Below, piece after piece: positions 27,181 through 38,452 of a stretch of DNA of 64,000 bases (position 1 is its first letter; every line of letters begins with the position of its first letter). Origin of the DNA: Psammoneis japonica (lineage: Eukaryota); assembly GCA_008632985.1 (NCBI GenBank), contig QPGO01000154.1, positions 1-64,000 on the forward strand, given 5' to 3'. The notes under the pieces were generated by a model. The model was not told the DNA's origin. It ran no database searches and saw nothing but the letters and a program-made list of their open reading frames with translations. Position numbers and translations under genes: made by a program.

Positions 27181-27699
27181 CTGATGAATTGTTTCATGCT
27201 GACATGATTGCCCACCCATCTCCACAGTGTTGTGCACACAATTTTTTTTCTTCCGCCTTGAATGGAGGCCAATTGTGCCTGCCAGCATGCCAATGGCCTG
27301 TCTTTTTTTCTGCTCCTCCTCTTTGAATGCCAAAATTTTCAAATGGGTCAGTTCACAACATCAGCTCATGCATTGTGGCATTTCGTTTGAATGGCGGTTT
27401 TTGCCATTTGCAGGCTCACATTGCATGCACACTGTTGCACATTGCACGCTAAGAACAATGACACTGCCACTTTTTGCATGCCAAAATTTTCAAATGGAGT
27501 GCCAATTTTTGTTGCTTTGCTCATGGTTTGCTTTCCATTCCCCTGTGCTCTCATCCGTTGCTTGTCATCCAGTCTTGGACCTCTGACCCATCATCCTTGC
27601 TTGTCTTGGCCCATTGTTCCTTGAATCTTGGAACAAGTGTTCCAGGGAAGTGTCCAACCCCCCGTGATGTCCCTCCATGGCCGCATGGACACCAGCACA

Positions 27700-30600
27700 G
27701 TGTGCCCTCAGTCCAATGAGTTTCTTTCATTTGCAAAACACCAGGTCTCCGCTGACTGTCGGAGGCCACCAATCAGTTGCTGGCAAGGGTTCCAATCCCC
27801 TGTCATGCATTTGCAGATGAGCTGCATTCAATGAAGTTTGGCCATCCTCAATGTCAATTGGTTCCCATTGACGTGGTGGCAGAGCACACATGATTTTTGG
27901 GAATCTGCAAGTGTTGTCTCCATGCTTGCATGCTGCCACAATGGCGGGAGGCAGATGACTCTGCTGGCACATGTGCTTTGCCACTTTCCTGTGGCTGAAA
28001 CTGAGAGGCAAAGTTGCTTTGTCCAATTGCTCTTCACAATGGACCCTGCTCCACCCCACAAACTCTTCCAAAATGTTGGGCATCCTCCATCTGTCAAAGT
28101 CCTGTCTGTTGAAGTCCAGCCATCCTGCAACAATGTGACAATTGACATCTCAACAGCTGCAGTGCAGCCTGCTTTCGTCCAGCTCATGGTGTAAATTCCA
28201 TGGGTGGAAATCTGCAATGGCACTGCACAATCACCCCACGAGCGCAGCCATCCTGTGTTTCTGCATTGAAGCAAACCTTGGATCACCCATGTCACTCCAT
28301 CTCTCCTTGCATGCATCGTCAGCCACACTTGTCTCTCGCAAAGCACGTGTTGTATGTTGCTGCATCTGTTTGTTCACTGTGTCCATTTTCAACAGGTTTT
28401 TCACATCAAATGTGAAAAGACAAAGTCCACAATGCTCTCTGTTGATGCCAGGTTACCCAGCTCATCCATTTGCAGGCAATGACAACAAAACCCCGGCAAC
28501 CACGCATGGTTTTTTTCCCTGTTGCTGTTCTTCATCAACTTGCTCATGATTTGTCAGATGCATTCTCTCTTGCCATCCATTTCACAGTGTCCTGGATTTT
28601 GCCTTTGTTGCAAAAAGATGAAAAGGGGGCATCAGTCATGACTTTCACCAACACTCAAAATTTTTGTTTCCGGGCAGTTGACACATCCTTTGCCACAACA
28701 TGAAATTTTAGTTTGGGGCAGTTGTCTCATCATCAGCCCAATGAAACTGTGCTGTTTCCTCAAACACCTTGATTGCAGCATCTTGTTGGTCCATCTTTTG
28801 TTGTGTGCAATGAAATGCTTTCACTTCTGCACATTTCTGTGCCCTCCATCATTTGAAGAGCAACCAAAATTTTGATTGCTGTTCTTCATTGCTTGTTTGA
28901 TTTTTGCTGATTTGTGACAGAATTCCACGGCACTGTCCCACAACTTGGCAACCCATCCTTTTGTGATCATTCTTCACACACAAATGAATTTTTTGTTGCT
29001 TGCTTTCTAGTCCCAGGTGCTCACAGTCACACACGACACCACATCACAATGTTGCAGCAACAACACAACAAGTTCATTGCCACACCTCCTTGCTGGGTCT
29101 CACCTTCTTCATGCTGGAACACATGTGTCCAACTGCCATGTTGCTGATGTTTTCTGCTTGCTGCTCAATGTCTCATCTCCCTCCCCTTCCCATTGGACTG
29201 GATTGGGAAAACAACAAAAGCTCTCGTCAATGCACACATTTCCAACCTGGTCGCATGTCAGCAAGAGGAGGAACTTGCTTTGCAAAAGTGTCTCTTCTGT
29301 TGGATTGTCCCCCACTGGCATGCTGCATCTCTTCCAACAACTTGACATGGATGGATTTCTCAGCCACTTCCACCGGCCAAGCTCTGGCAATGTGGCTGAG
29401 AATGCCCCATCAGCATTCCTGCACTTTCCACAATCAATGTCTGTCATTTGCACCATTGCAGCAGGTGGCAGAAGAATTGTCTTTGCAAGTGGCTAAATGC
29501 AGAGAGGCAAGTGCCAGGAGATCCACTCCATGTTGCAAAAGAAAGCATGACTGCAGCCCCAGCTGCTCAGGAAAAGTGTTCATCTGCCAAAGAGATGAAT
29601 TGTTTGTTCATTTGGTGGTTCTTGTGTGGAGGGACTTTTGATCAAATCACCAAACAAGATGTCATCAGAGTTTTGCTCCCATCTCCCATTTGGATTGTTT
29701 TGGGAAAGGAAGCAAAGAAGTCTCGTGCCTCACCATTTTGCAGTGCTGCTGACAAGGACAAACAAAGCACACATGGCAATGAAGGTGACACCATCAATGA
29801 CGCCTTCCCAGAGAAGACCCGCCATTTCGAGAGCAAAGGTTCCATCAGAGATGATGCCAATGAACAAATGACAGAAGAAGCAGGAAACAACTGTTGCAAC
29901 AAACCCCTCTTTGCCAATCAAGCTGAGTTGGACAACCATGATTTGTGTCAATTTGAAAATCAACAGGACTTTGCCATTCTCCTGCCAAGGGCCCAGAATG
30001 CTTTGCTGGAGAAGCAGCTGATGTTGCCAACAATGTGTTGGTCATTGGCATGGCATTTGATGATGAGACTGCCAACAAAGGCAACCAGGATTGTTGGGAC
30101 ACCGCACATTGTAAAGTGCCAGTCAAGGCCAGTTTCAATGTTCACACCATTGACTGTCAAACAACAAAAACTCCTGATCCAAACCACATGGAGGCCAATG
30201 TGCAGGCTCTTCATCCGTCTTCAATGGACATTGTCCACATGCCAAATGGACACCTCAACAGCTGGGTGTTGACAATTTTTCTTTCTTCAGTCAATCCTTG
30301 ACCCATTTTTGCCTGAAGCTGCTGGACGTTGGCAATGTCCACCTGCTGACAAACTTGCAGGTCACCAAGGGATTGTCTGACAACTGGCAACTGGCAGGTG
30401 GTGGGTGAGGTCTAGATTGTCAGGTGCCTTCACCAAGACCAATGAGAGGAGATGCCTCTCTTCCATCCAAAAGCGGTGCTGCCGCTGGAATGTTGTGGCA
30501 AGGCAGGAGACATGTTTCACCAGAGGAAAAGTTTTGGAGTTGCATTGTTGGAGGTCAGCTCACATTGGCACACATGTTGCTCATGCGATTGTCATCCGCT

Positions 30601-30700
30601 GACTCCAACTGCTCATCTCCCATTTGTTTCCAGACAAAGGGGGGTTGTGAGCAATGACCAACATGAGCCAGTTGCAAGGTTTGCATGTGATGTTCATGTG
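27700..30700 (-). mobile_element. Degenerate DIRS/Ngaro-like retroelement module (RT, RNase H, tyrosine recombinase)
   Basis: cat gtg gac aat (HVDN, 30241-30230) reverts to YVDD by undoing one TA->CA and one CG->CA change. The homologous block-1 copy shows RNase H-like 'KMDNVAAWSG' and YR-like 'FSSNSWWRCGA...RCWK'. Confidence 0.5.
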
Positions 30701-30729
30701 AATGTCTAGAAAGCTGTGCTGTCTGTCCC

Positions 30730-33170
30730 ATGTCCAGTCTTGTTGACACTGATCCAATCCTAGATGAAACCTTGGAGGCAACAGATGCCATCTGTGGCCA
30801 TTTCTGTTGTAAAACCAAGTGCACAAAAGGGGGAAAGAGCAAAGCAGATCTGCTTGAGGAGAAAAATTTCAAATGTTGGGTTGACAAGTGTCAACCATTG
30901 GACTCTCCCAATGGAAAGACAACAACACTGGGGAACTGTGTCTTTGATCCCAACAGATGTTGACAAATCACAAGCACAGTTGTTCTGGAATTTGATCTGA
31001 TGAATTTGAACAAGATTAAAAAGTGCTGGAGCAACCAGTTGTTGTTTGTTGAGAAAAAAAAGGGGCCAAATCAGTGCAGCTCCTTGACACCAACTGGCAT
31101 GCAGTGACCAGAACAGAATTGGCAACAAAACTGGTGGAGGACCTGGGTGGCAACCTTGGCATCCTGTCAAATTGCCGCAATCATCCATGTTCAGGATTGC
31201 GTCCAAGGGATCCCACTGTTGTCAACAAAAACAACATTTTGGGCATTGACACTGACCATGATCATGGCAGATGCTTGTTTCAAATGCTGAAGCTGTCAAA
31301 GCAGATTGCTGGAAGAGACCTTCTGTCACAAACCTCCAGCACAATTGAGGGTGGTTTGTAAAATGGTCTTGGAGATGAGTTTGTCACCCTGTCCAAAGCA
31401 CACAAACAAAGGAAGTTCTGCTCCATGGCTCTGGAATTAATGCAGCTGGGGGGAAGTTGAGCAGGAGCGGTGGTCGTGGAGTTGCCATGCCTGGCTGTCT
31501 CCCAGGATTGCCCAACCAAGCCTCTCCACACTTGCAGCAGTGGACACTGCAACTCTTGTGATGGTCATTCATGGTGTTTGCCAAAGAATGCTGGATGGAA
31601 CAGCACAATCACAGCAGGGAGCAACCAATGCAATGAGACGCAAGGTCACTGAGAAAAATAAAAAATGGCCCAGCTGCCCAGATGCTCTGTGGGCTGCTCT
31701 GAGGGAGTTCAGTGCTCACACCAGCTCCACAGGTGCTGCAACTTTTCATTTGGACACGAGCAATGGAAAGGAAAAGCATCATGATCACATCACTCCAGCT
31801 TTGTTTCAGGTGGAAGACTGGACCATGTGTCTTTCAGAAGAGAGCACCACAAAGCCAATCAAGAATTTGGTGCCAGTCACAAACAGCCACTTCACCCACT
31901 TGGCACAAACACAGCAGTGGATTGTCAACAGCCAGTTGAACAAGCTGGAATTAAATGTTGACTGCCCTTGCACAGAGTTGCTCATGACCATCTTGAAGGA
32001 GCACTTGGAGATGATTGATCTGTGCACACTGAGCAGCAAGGAGGAAATTTTCAACACCATGGAAAGAATGCCATCCATGGAGGACACAAGCACAACAACA
32101 GATTGCAGTGAGGGCAGGTGCATCATGATGAAAGAGGGTAAAACTTGATTGATTGTGATGGGGTGCATGGCATGGCTGTGGCTCCTCTTTTGCAACACCT
32201 GTGAAGGATGGGTCCATCTGCAACACGTGACAGAGTGCAAAGCATTTGTGTCAATGGGGCTCAATGGCACTCTGCTGCTCATGAGGACAATGCTAACTGC
32301 AATCTCCTTGCCCACAAAGGCAAGTGTCATCTTGGATTTGCAGAGGCGAGCCACACAAGAAGTGCCTTCTGCAAATGGTCAAAGATGCCAAATGTGGGGG
32401 AGATCCCAGCAAAGTTCACAGTTCTCCCATCCCATGTGGCAGAACTGCAACAAAAGCCTGCACAATGGCAAACCCAAGACAAAGGACTGCCCACATCATT
32501 TTGGTTTGTTTGTTGGAAGAGCAAGACTGAGTCCTGCAAAACCCGAATTCAACAGAGCAAGAGAAGGACACAGCTCATAGATTGACAATCAACCCAAACA
32601 AGCAAAAGGCAATGAATCAGCTGGAAGCAACTGGGAGATCAGCTCCGCTGGGCAGCGTGAGAGGCACTGTGCATGCACAGATGGTTACCTTGGTGATTGT
32701 CAGGCAGAGAACACAGCCTGTGCTGTTCCAAATGAAGATGAAAAGAATGGTTTCTGTTGCCACCTGGTTGACACCACAGCATCCAACAGTTCTGATGCAT
32801 CTGGCAGCAGGATTGACACATCCAATGCTCCAAAAATCTGTTAAGATGTGTGGGGAGTGATCATGCATGCCAACAAAATGTTGGTGTCCACAGCCTGCAT
32901 GGACCAACTGTCTTGCTGCCTGCATCATTTGAAGAATCATGGTCTGAAGGAGGACTCAATTTTTTTGCATGATGACAGCACAGTCTTCTTGCCCATGAGA
33001 CACAAGGAAGTGTGCACTGCCGCGGCAAGGACACACAGTTTCAAACACAGGACAGAGTTCTTCTCAGTTGACAAATGGTGTGGGCTGGAGGAATTTGTTG
33101 CAAAATGCAACAACACAATGGACCCAGACAGTGTTTGGTCACACTCAAAATTTGGAAAGATCATGTGAGG
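30730..33170 (+). mobile_element. Degenerate opposite-strand coding remnant, possibly MULE/SWIM-type transposase
   Basis: Longer protein-like fragments on + (30730-30963, 31074-31361, 31540-32148) and a Cys cluster 'CNTCEGW...ECKAF'. Family assignment is weak. Confidence 0.25.
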
Positions 33171-33199
33171 GGACAAGCAATGTTTTAAACAATTTGTCA

Positions 33200-36100
33200 C
33201 TCTTTGCACACACTCCTGCCCCCAGAGCACAAATCGCCATCTAAAAAGAGTTCCAGCCACTCTTCCTTCATGTCCACGACAAACAATGTCTTTTTGTCCA
33301 ACAACTCGCGATCCAACACAGTGCCTGACAAAGACAAATTGGCAGCTTCTTGACTGTCCCCTGAATTTTGTTTCTGAGCTTTCTTTCCTTTCTTGCATTT
33401 TTTTCCTTTCTTTCCATTGTCCGTCAGCACCATCTTTGGCAAGACCACACTGAACCCACCTCCCACAAGCGTGTTTTTCTGAGAACCGCAAAAGGTGCAC
33501 TTGGGTGTCATGCCCTCCATGTGCCTTTTCCTCCTCACTTTGGGTTGAGCATGTTCTTCCAAATGCAACAACCTCCTGTCTGTTGTCACTTTTAAAACAC
33601 ACCCATGCAGTGGCATTGGGATTTAGGTGTCTGTCCCATGATTGTCGTTTCTGTGTACAACCTGAGCAAAGTCATGCCATCTCCCAGCCTTGCAACAATT
33701 CAGATGGGCAGCATGGAATTGCAAGTTGTGTTCCACCTTTAGATTCAACTCAGAGTGCACCACAACGTGCCTCTGCATTACACTCAACTTCTGTTGTCTG
33801 CACAAAAACTCATCAACATCCTCCTCCAAGTGAGTGCTTCTGTCTCTTTTCAACTCTGTCACTGGTGCATTGCAGTGGACATTCAAGGTGGTTGAGCACA
33901 AACAGTGCATGAACCAAGTCATTGTGTGATTTTAAACTTGGTTGCAAATGATTGGATTTGCCACTGTTGTGGCCAATCAAATTGTTTGCTTGCTCCAACA
34001 GAGTCTGCTTGCACAGTTGGCTTGCAAGCTGATGAGTGAACTCCTCTTTGCCAGACTGCCAGTGGTGGCATCCCATCCAGAGAAGATGCCCAGGCAATGA
34101 AGAGCAGCAATCAAGTGCAGCAGATCATGACTGATCTGGCTCTGCAGCTTGAACATTAGAAGAACAAGGTGGCATTTGAGATTGACTTGATTGGTGTGTG
34201 TGTGTGTGTGCAAAGAAAACCACAGTTGCAAAAGGAGTGGAACAATGACAATTTGTTGAGCAACAGAAACAGGTGTTCCACATCATCACAGTGCACCAAA
34301 CAACTGGTGGGCTGGAGATCCATGCTGTTCAATCAATTGTGGAATGGAGGAGGCAAGTCTTTTTCAATTCCAGAGCAAAGAAACCATTGGTTGTGGTCAG
34401 TTGACTGTGTGTGAAGGGTCGGACATTGGTCTGTGCAGTGTCTTGCGCTTTCATTGACAGAAGAGTCATTTTTGTCAGGAGTGAAGAGTTGTTGGTCAAG
34501 ATTGACATTTCTTGTTTGCATCACATAATGTTGTGGCACAACTGGGCTTGAGTGGTGGTCATCTGCAAAATGTGAGGACACCTGCAAAATGTGAAGACAC
34601 ATGTGCAACAGGCCATGATGACAACATTGATTTTCCAGGAAATCATTGTGAGTGGGGTCAGTGGGATTGCATTCTTTGTTTGCATGGGGCTTGTTCACAG
34701 CTGCAGCAGCTCCATCTGTGGAGGCCACCAAGGGAGATTCTTCATTGGTGCAGTGCTCTTTGTTGTCCTCCTCAGGAGTTTGTTGGCATTTGTTGGATTC
34801 ACAGGCAGACTCGTCATCCTCCAATGCAGCCTCATTGGGATTGTTGGCTTCTTGTTCCACTTCTTTGCATGTGCAACCATCGTCTTTGTCTTTGCAATTG
34901 CGGTCATCTTCTGGAGGACCTTCATTGAACTGGGAGGCTTGCTTTTTCTTTGTCTTGTCAAAATCAGGATGACATCAAAGATGGAGATGCTGCACCCCTC
35001 CTTGGTCTGACCCATCAGTGCAAGTGCAAAAAGCTTGCCCATCTTTTGGTCACAGGTCAAACCAGACAAGGTGCAAAAACCACTGCACAGGCCAGGACAA
35101 CCAGTGGAAAGTTTGATCTCTGTGCAGGCCTGCACCACTGAGATCCAAATGTGCGGTTGGCCAAATTGTTTGGTCGCCTTTGGCAGAGTCAGGCAAATCA
35201 TTGACTGTCGATGGAAAGCATTTGAGGGACTGTGCCACCTTGGAATGTGTGCATTGGGTGGGGGAGGCAAAACCAAACACCCCCTGATGGTTGTCTCCCA
35301 CGTGCAGAGGAAAGAAATTGTTGACGGTGTGTTGACAGAACACCTCATGTGGTGTGGTGGTGCAAATGTTTGTGCACCAAACAACAGCACTGCATGCCAT
35401 CAAACACATTGATTTGGCTTTCAACTTCAACATCACAATGTGAATTGTTGACTTGATGCACAAATGCCACAGACTGTTGGTGGAACCCAGTGGTTTTCCA
35501 AGAGTGGCTGCCGTTAGATGACCCATCACTTCCTGAGAAAAATGCTTGCAACAGTGCAGCAGTTCATTGCTGCATGTCCAGGATGCATGGCAAGCATGAC
35601 TGATGCAACAGGTGTTTTTGCAACCTGAAACATGGCCGGTGACTTTTGCTGCATCACACCGGCATTGCCCATCAAAGTGATGCTGTGAACAATTGTGCAC
35701 TTGAAACAGCACTGAGCTCCCAGTCAGACAAGGCATGTTGGCAATTCTTGCACTGCAATTGCAAATGCGAGAATGATGGATGCAGTGCAGTGACAGTTTC
35801 TGACATTTGTCAAGCATTCACGCCAAAAACTTGCCAAAAACAGCATTCTCAGTTTTGCAGCCAGTGAATTTTGGGATGAAGCCTGGAGGGTGCCATGCTT
35901 CAAAATGCCTGTGTGCACCTGCCTTGATGAGAGTCCACAGAGAAAAGAAATGGCTCCATCAAATGGGGTGCAACCTGTCTTTCCTGGTTTTGTTGGTGTG
36001 ACACACAACAAAGACAGGAAAGGATCCAGGGAGAGTGGGACCACAGAATCCACACAAACAGTTGCTGCAAGTTTCTCCATCCTTCATCATTTCTGCATCA

Positions 36101-37140
36101 TCACAAAGTTGCCAGTCTTCATTCTTGCCCAGCGTGGGTTCACGGGAAAGGACCTGAGACCAGCATGACACGGGAGGAATGTCAAGATTGGAAAGGTCTG
36201 GAAAAAGAGGATCATCAAACAAGTCCTGCAGCTGAAGAGAAAGGTTGCACACAGGATTCTGGGAGACAGCTTTGCAGTTTGTTGTTTTTGAATTGGTTGA
36301 CAATGGACACAGACTCAAGGGGACTCTCTTCAACACCAGAGTGATGATGCTGGGCAACATTGACTCAAGCTTTGAGATGAAAATTCAAGAAGAGGGGACT
36401 TGGTGGTTGGCAAACAACCCGCCACTCAAGAACTCCTCTTGTGCTGTTCCAAGAATTTGTCAGTTGCGCTGATTGGGACACCCTTGGAGCAACACAGACT
36501 CAACATGTGAGCCACAGAGATGATCTTGCTGTTGTGTGCTTTGGGAACAACAAGATCCTTGTTGGTGGAAAGGTGCTCAACTTGATCCAGCGCAGCAAAA
36601 GAACCTGATTTGACAACAGTGGCAGCACCCTGGTTGACAGAAGGAGATGCAGCACCATCAAACAAATCAGAAACAAAATCTTTGTTGTGAGGGTGCTGGC
36701 ATTCTGAAACATCATTGGTGGCTGGCACAACGGCAGTGGTGTGAGAAGATCATGGCTCTTGCACTGGGGTGCCTGCATGAGTGGATCTTAGATGTGAGGA
36801 TTGTGTTGTGCATGAACTTTTGGAGTGGACCCCATGTTGGAGTGAGACCCCACTGCAACAAATTAGATGGGGAGGGGGGGGAAGGTGGAAGAGGGAGTTT
36901 CATTGCCCAGTTCTTTGGATTCTCCCATTGGCGGAAGTTCACATGATTGTCCTTGTGAATGCTCTGCAAAAAGGAGTTCTGAGGTGATGCAGAAGACCAG
37001 TTGGAAGGAAACATTTGCCACACACGGACAATCATTTGCCACAGCAAAGGAAGGCACCAAACTGGCTGGTCACAACAACAGAAATTTTGTCATGCAAGCA
37101 CGCATCTTGGATTTGTGTGCAACCAGACGTTGCCCATTGT
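33200..37140 (-). mobile_element. Degenerate Plavaka-like DNA transposase
   Basis: Ordered remnants LQDLFDDPLF..LSNLDI (~36200), GDNHQGVFG...PMHTFQGG (~35270), WKI..HGLLH (~34620) and FHAAHLNCCKAGRWHDFAQV (~33690), resembling the recalled 'HPNY...WYDW' motif. Confidence 0.55.
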
Positions 37141-37501
37141 GAAAAATGATTCTCTTCCTTTCTTGGAGGTGAGGGCTGCACTTGTCACAAGATTCTCCAA
37201 GCTGGTGCATGTTGACACTTCTTGTGGCCACACCTTGTTGTCAAGAGTCTTTGAGTTCTCATCATCTGCCACTTCTGCAGTTTCAGCAGAAGCAGCAAAA
37301 GCAGCACATGGCTCCAAACCGCATCTTTTGGCAATGTGCTCCAAACTCAAATGTCTCAAAATGTTCTTGAAGTGTTGATGTGTGACAAGGATTCCTGAAA
37401 ACTGTTGAGCAACTCAACCAAGTCATGAGCCGGGTTGCAAGAAGAAATCTGACAGTCTTGGTTTGCACACCATCAACACAGAAAAAATCAGACATCTCAA
37501 G

Positions 37502-38192
37502 CCATGCTGCTGTGAAAAAAAGCACAGGATTGCCAGCAACCAGTGGAAAATGTTGATTTGCTGCACATTTGTCAGACAAGCAAGTCATCAAAAGTTTGTT
37601 GCAGAAGATGGAAAGAGACCACATGTGCTCAAGCCTCCAATCATTGTGAAAATTCAGGAGCTCATCTCCAGCATGTTCAGAGTCCAGAAGAAAACATGCC
37701 CTTCCACACTTGTCCATGCCAGCATGAGTGAGCCAAGAAGAGAGCTTGCACTCTGTGGTTGCAAGTCCTTGCTGGAAATGCAATGGTGCAAGACCTCCAG
37801 GCCATCATTTGAATGAACAGAATCAAGAGCAACCTGCTCAATGCCAAAGATGGCGTGAATCTGGCAGTCAGAGAATTTTTTTACCCAGGCGCTGCATTCT
37901 GAAAGGCAAAAAAACACTCAATGCAAGCCAGCCCCAGCTCTTGAGGATGGCAAGACCACCATGATCCCAGAGGAGCTCATCACAGCTCCACATCAAGTCA
38001 CACTTTGTTTGGAAAGTCTGGAGGTGAGCAGCTTGCCACTCATCACCACCACGACCTCCTGCAATCTCTCCACTGCTGTGCTGCACATGACATCTCAAAG
38101 ATTTGACTCCAGACACTCACAAGGAAGCTCCAGAGAAGGAGCGTGGCACATCTGCAACCAGGGCAATTCCAAGAAGTTTCCACAGCAGGTTT
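37502..38192 (+). repeat. Left arm of a ~0.68 kb inverted repeat (partner 42870-43547)
   Basis: Long identical stretches with the reverse complement of 42870-43547, e.g. both translate to VLKPPIIVKIQELISSMFRVQKKTCPSTLVHASMSEPRR. Confidence 0.92.
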
Positions 38193-38452
38193 GGATCAGG
38201 TGACGTGAGATAGATGCGATGCCGCTTAGATTCAGATTCAAAGCCCAAGGCATTTTTGCTACATCGTTTTCACTGTGTGACTCATCTTTGCTGCCGCACG
38301 AGCTGGGCAACAATGAATGCATCACGTTCCAATGCAGGTCCGATCAAGCGTCGCTCCTCACAAAAGAAAAGATTCCAAATCTATCTCGTGGGAGAGCGAT
38401 CTTGTGCGAAAGCGCGTGGACTTTGGCGCAAGAAAAATCGACGTGTGCTTGT

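Larger units (their letters stand above)
24600..38200. other. CpG- and TpA-depleted block of nested decayed transposons (block 2)
   Basis: Same dinucleotide signature as block 1, starting within ~200 bp upstream of the carrier ATG. Confidence 0.9.
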
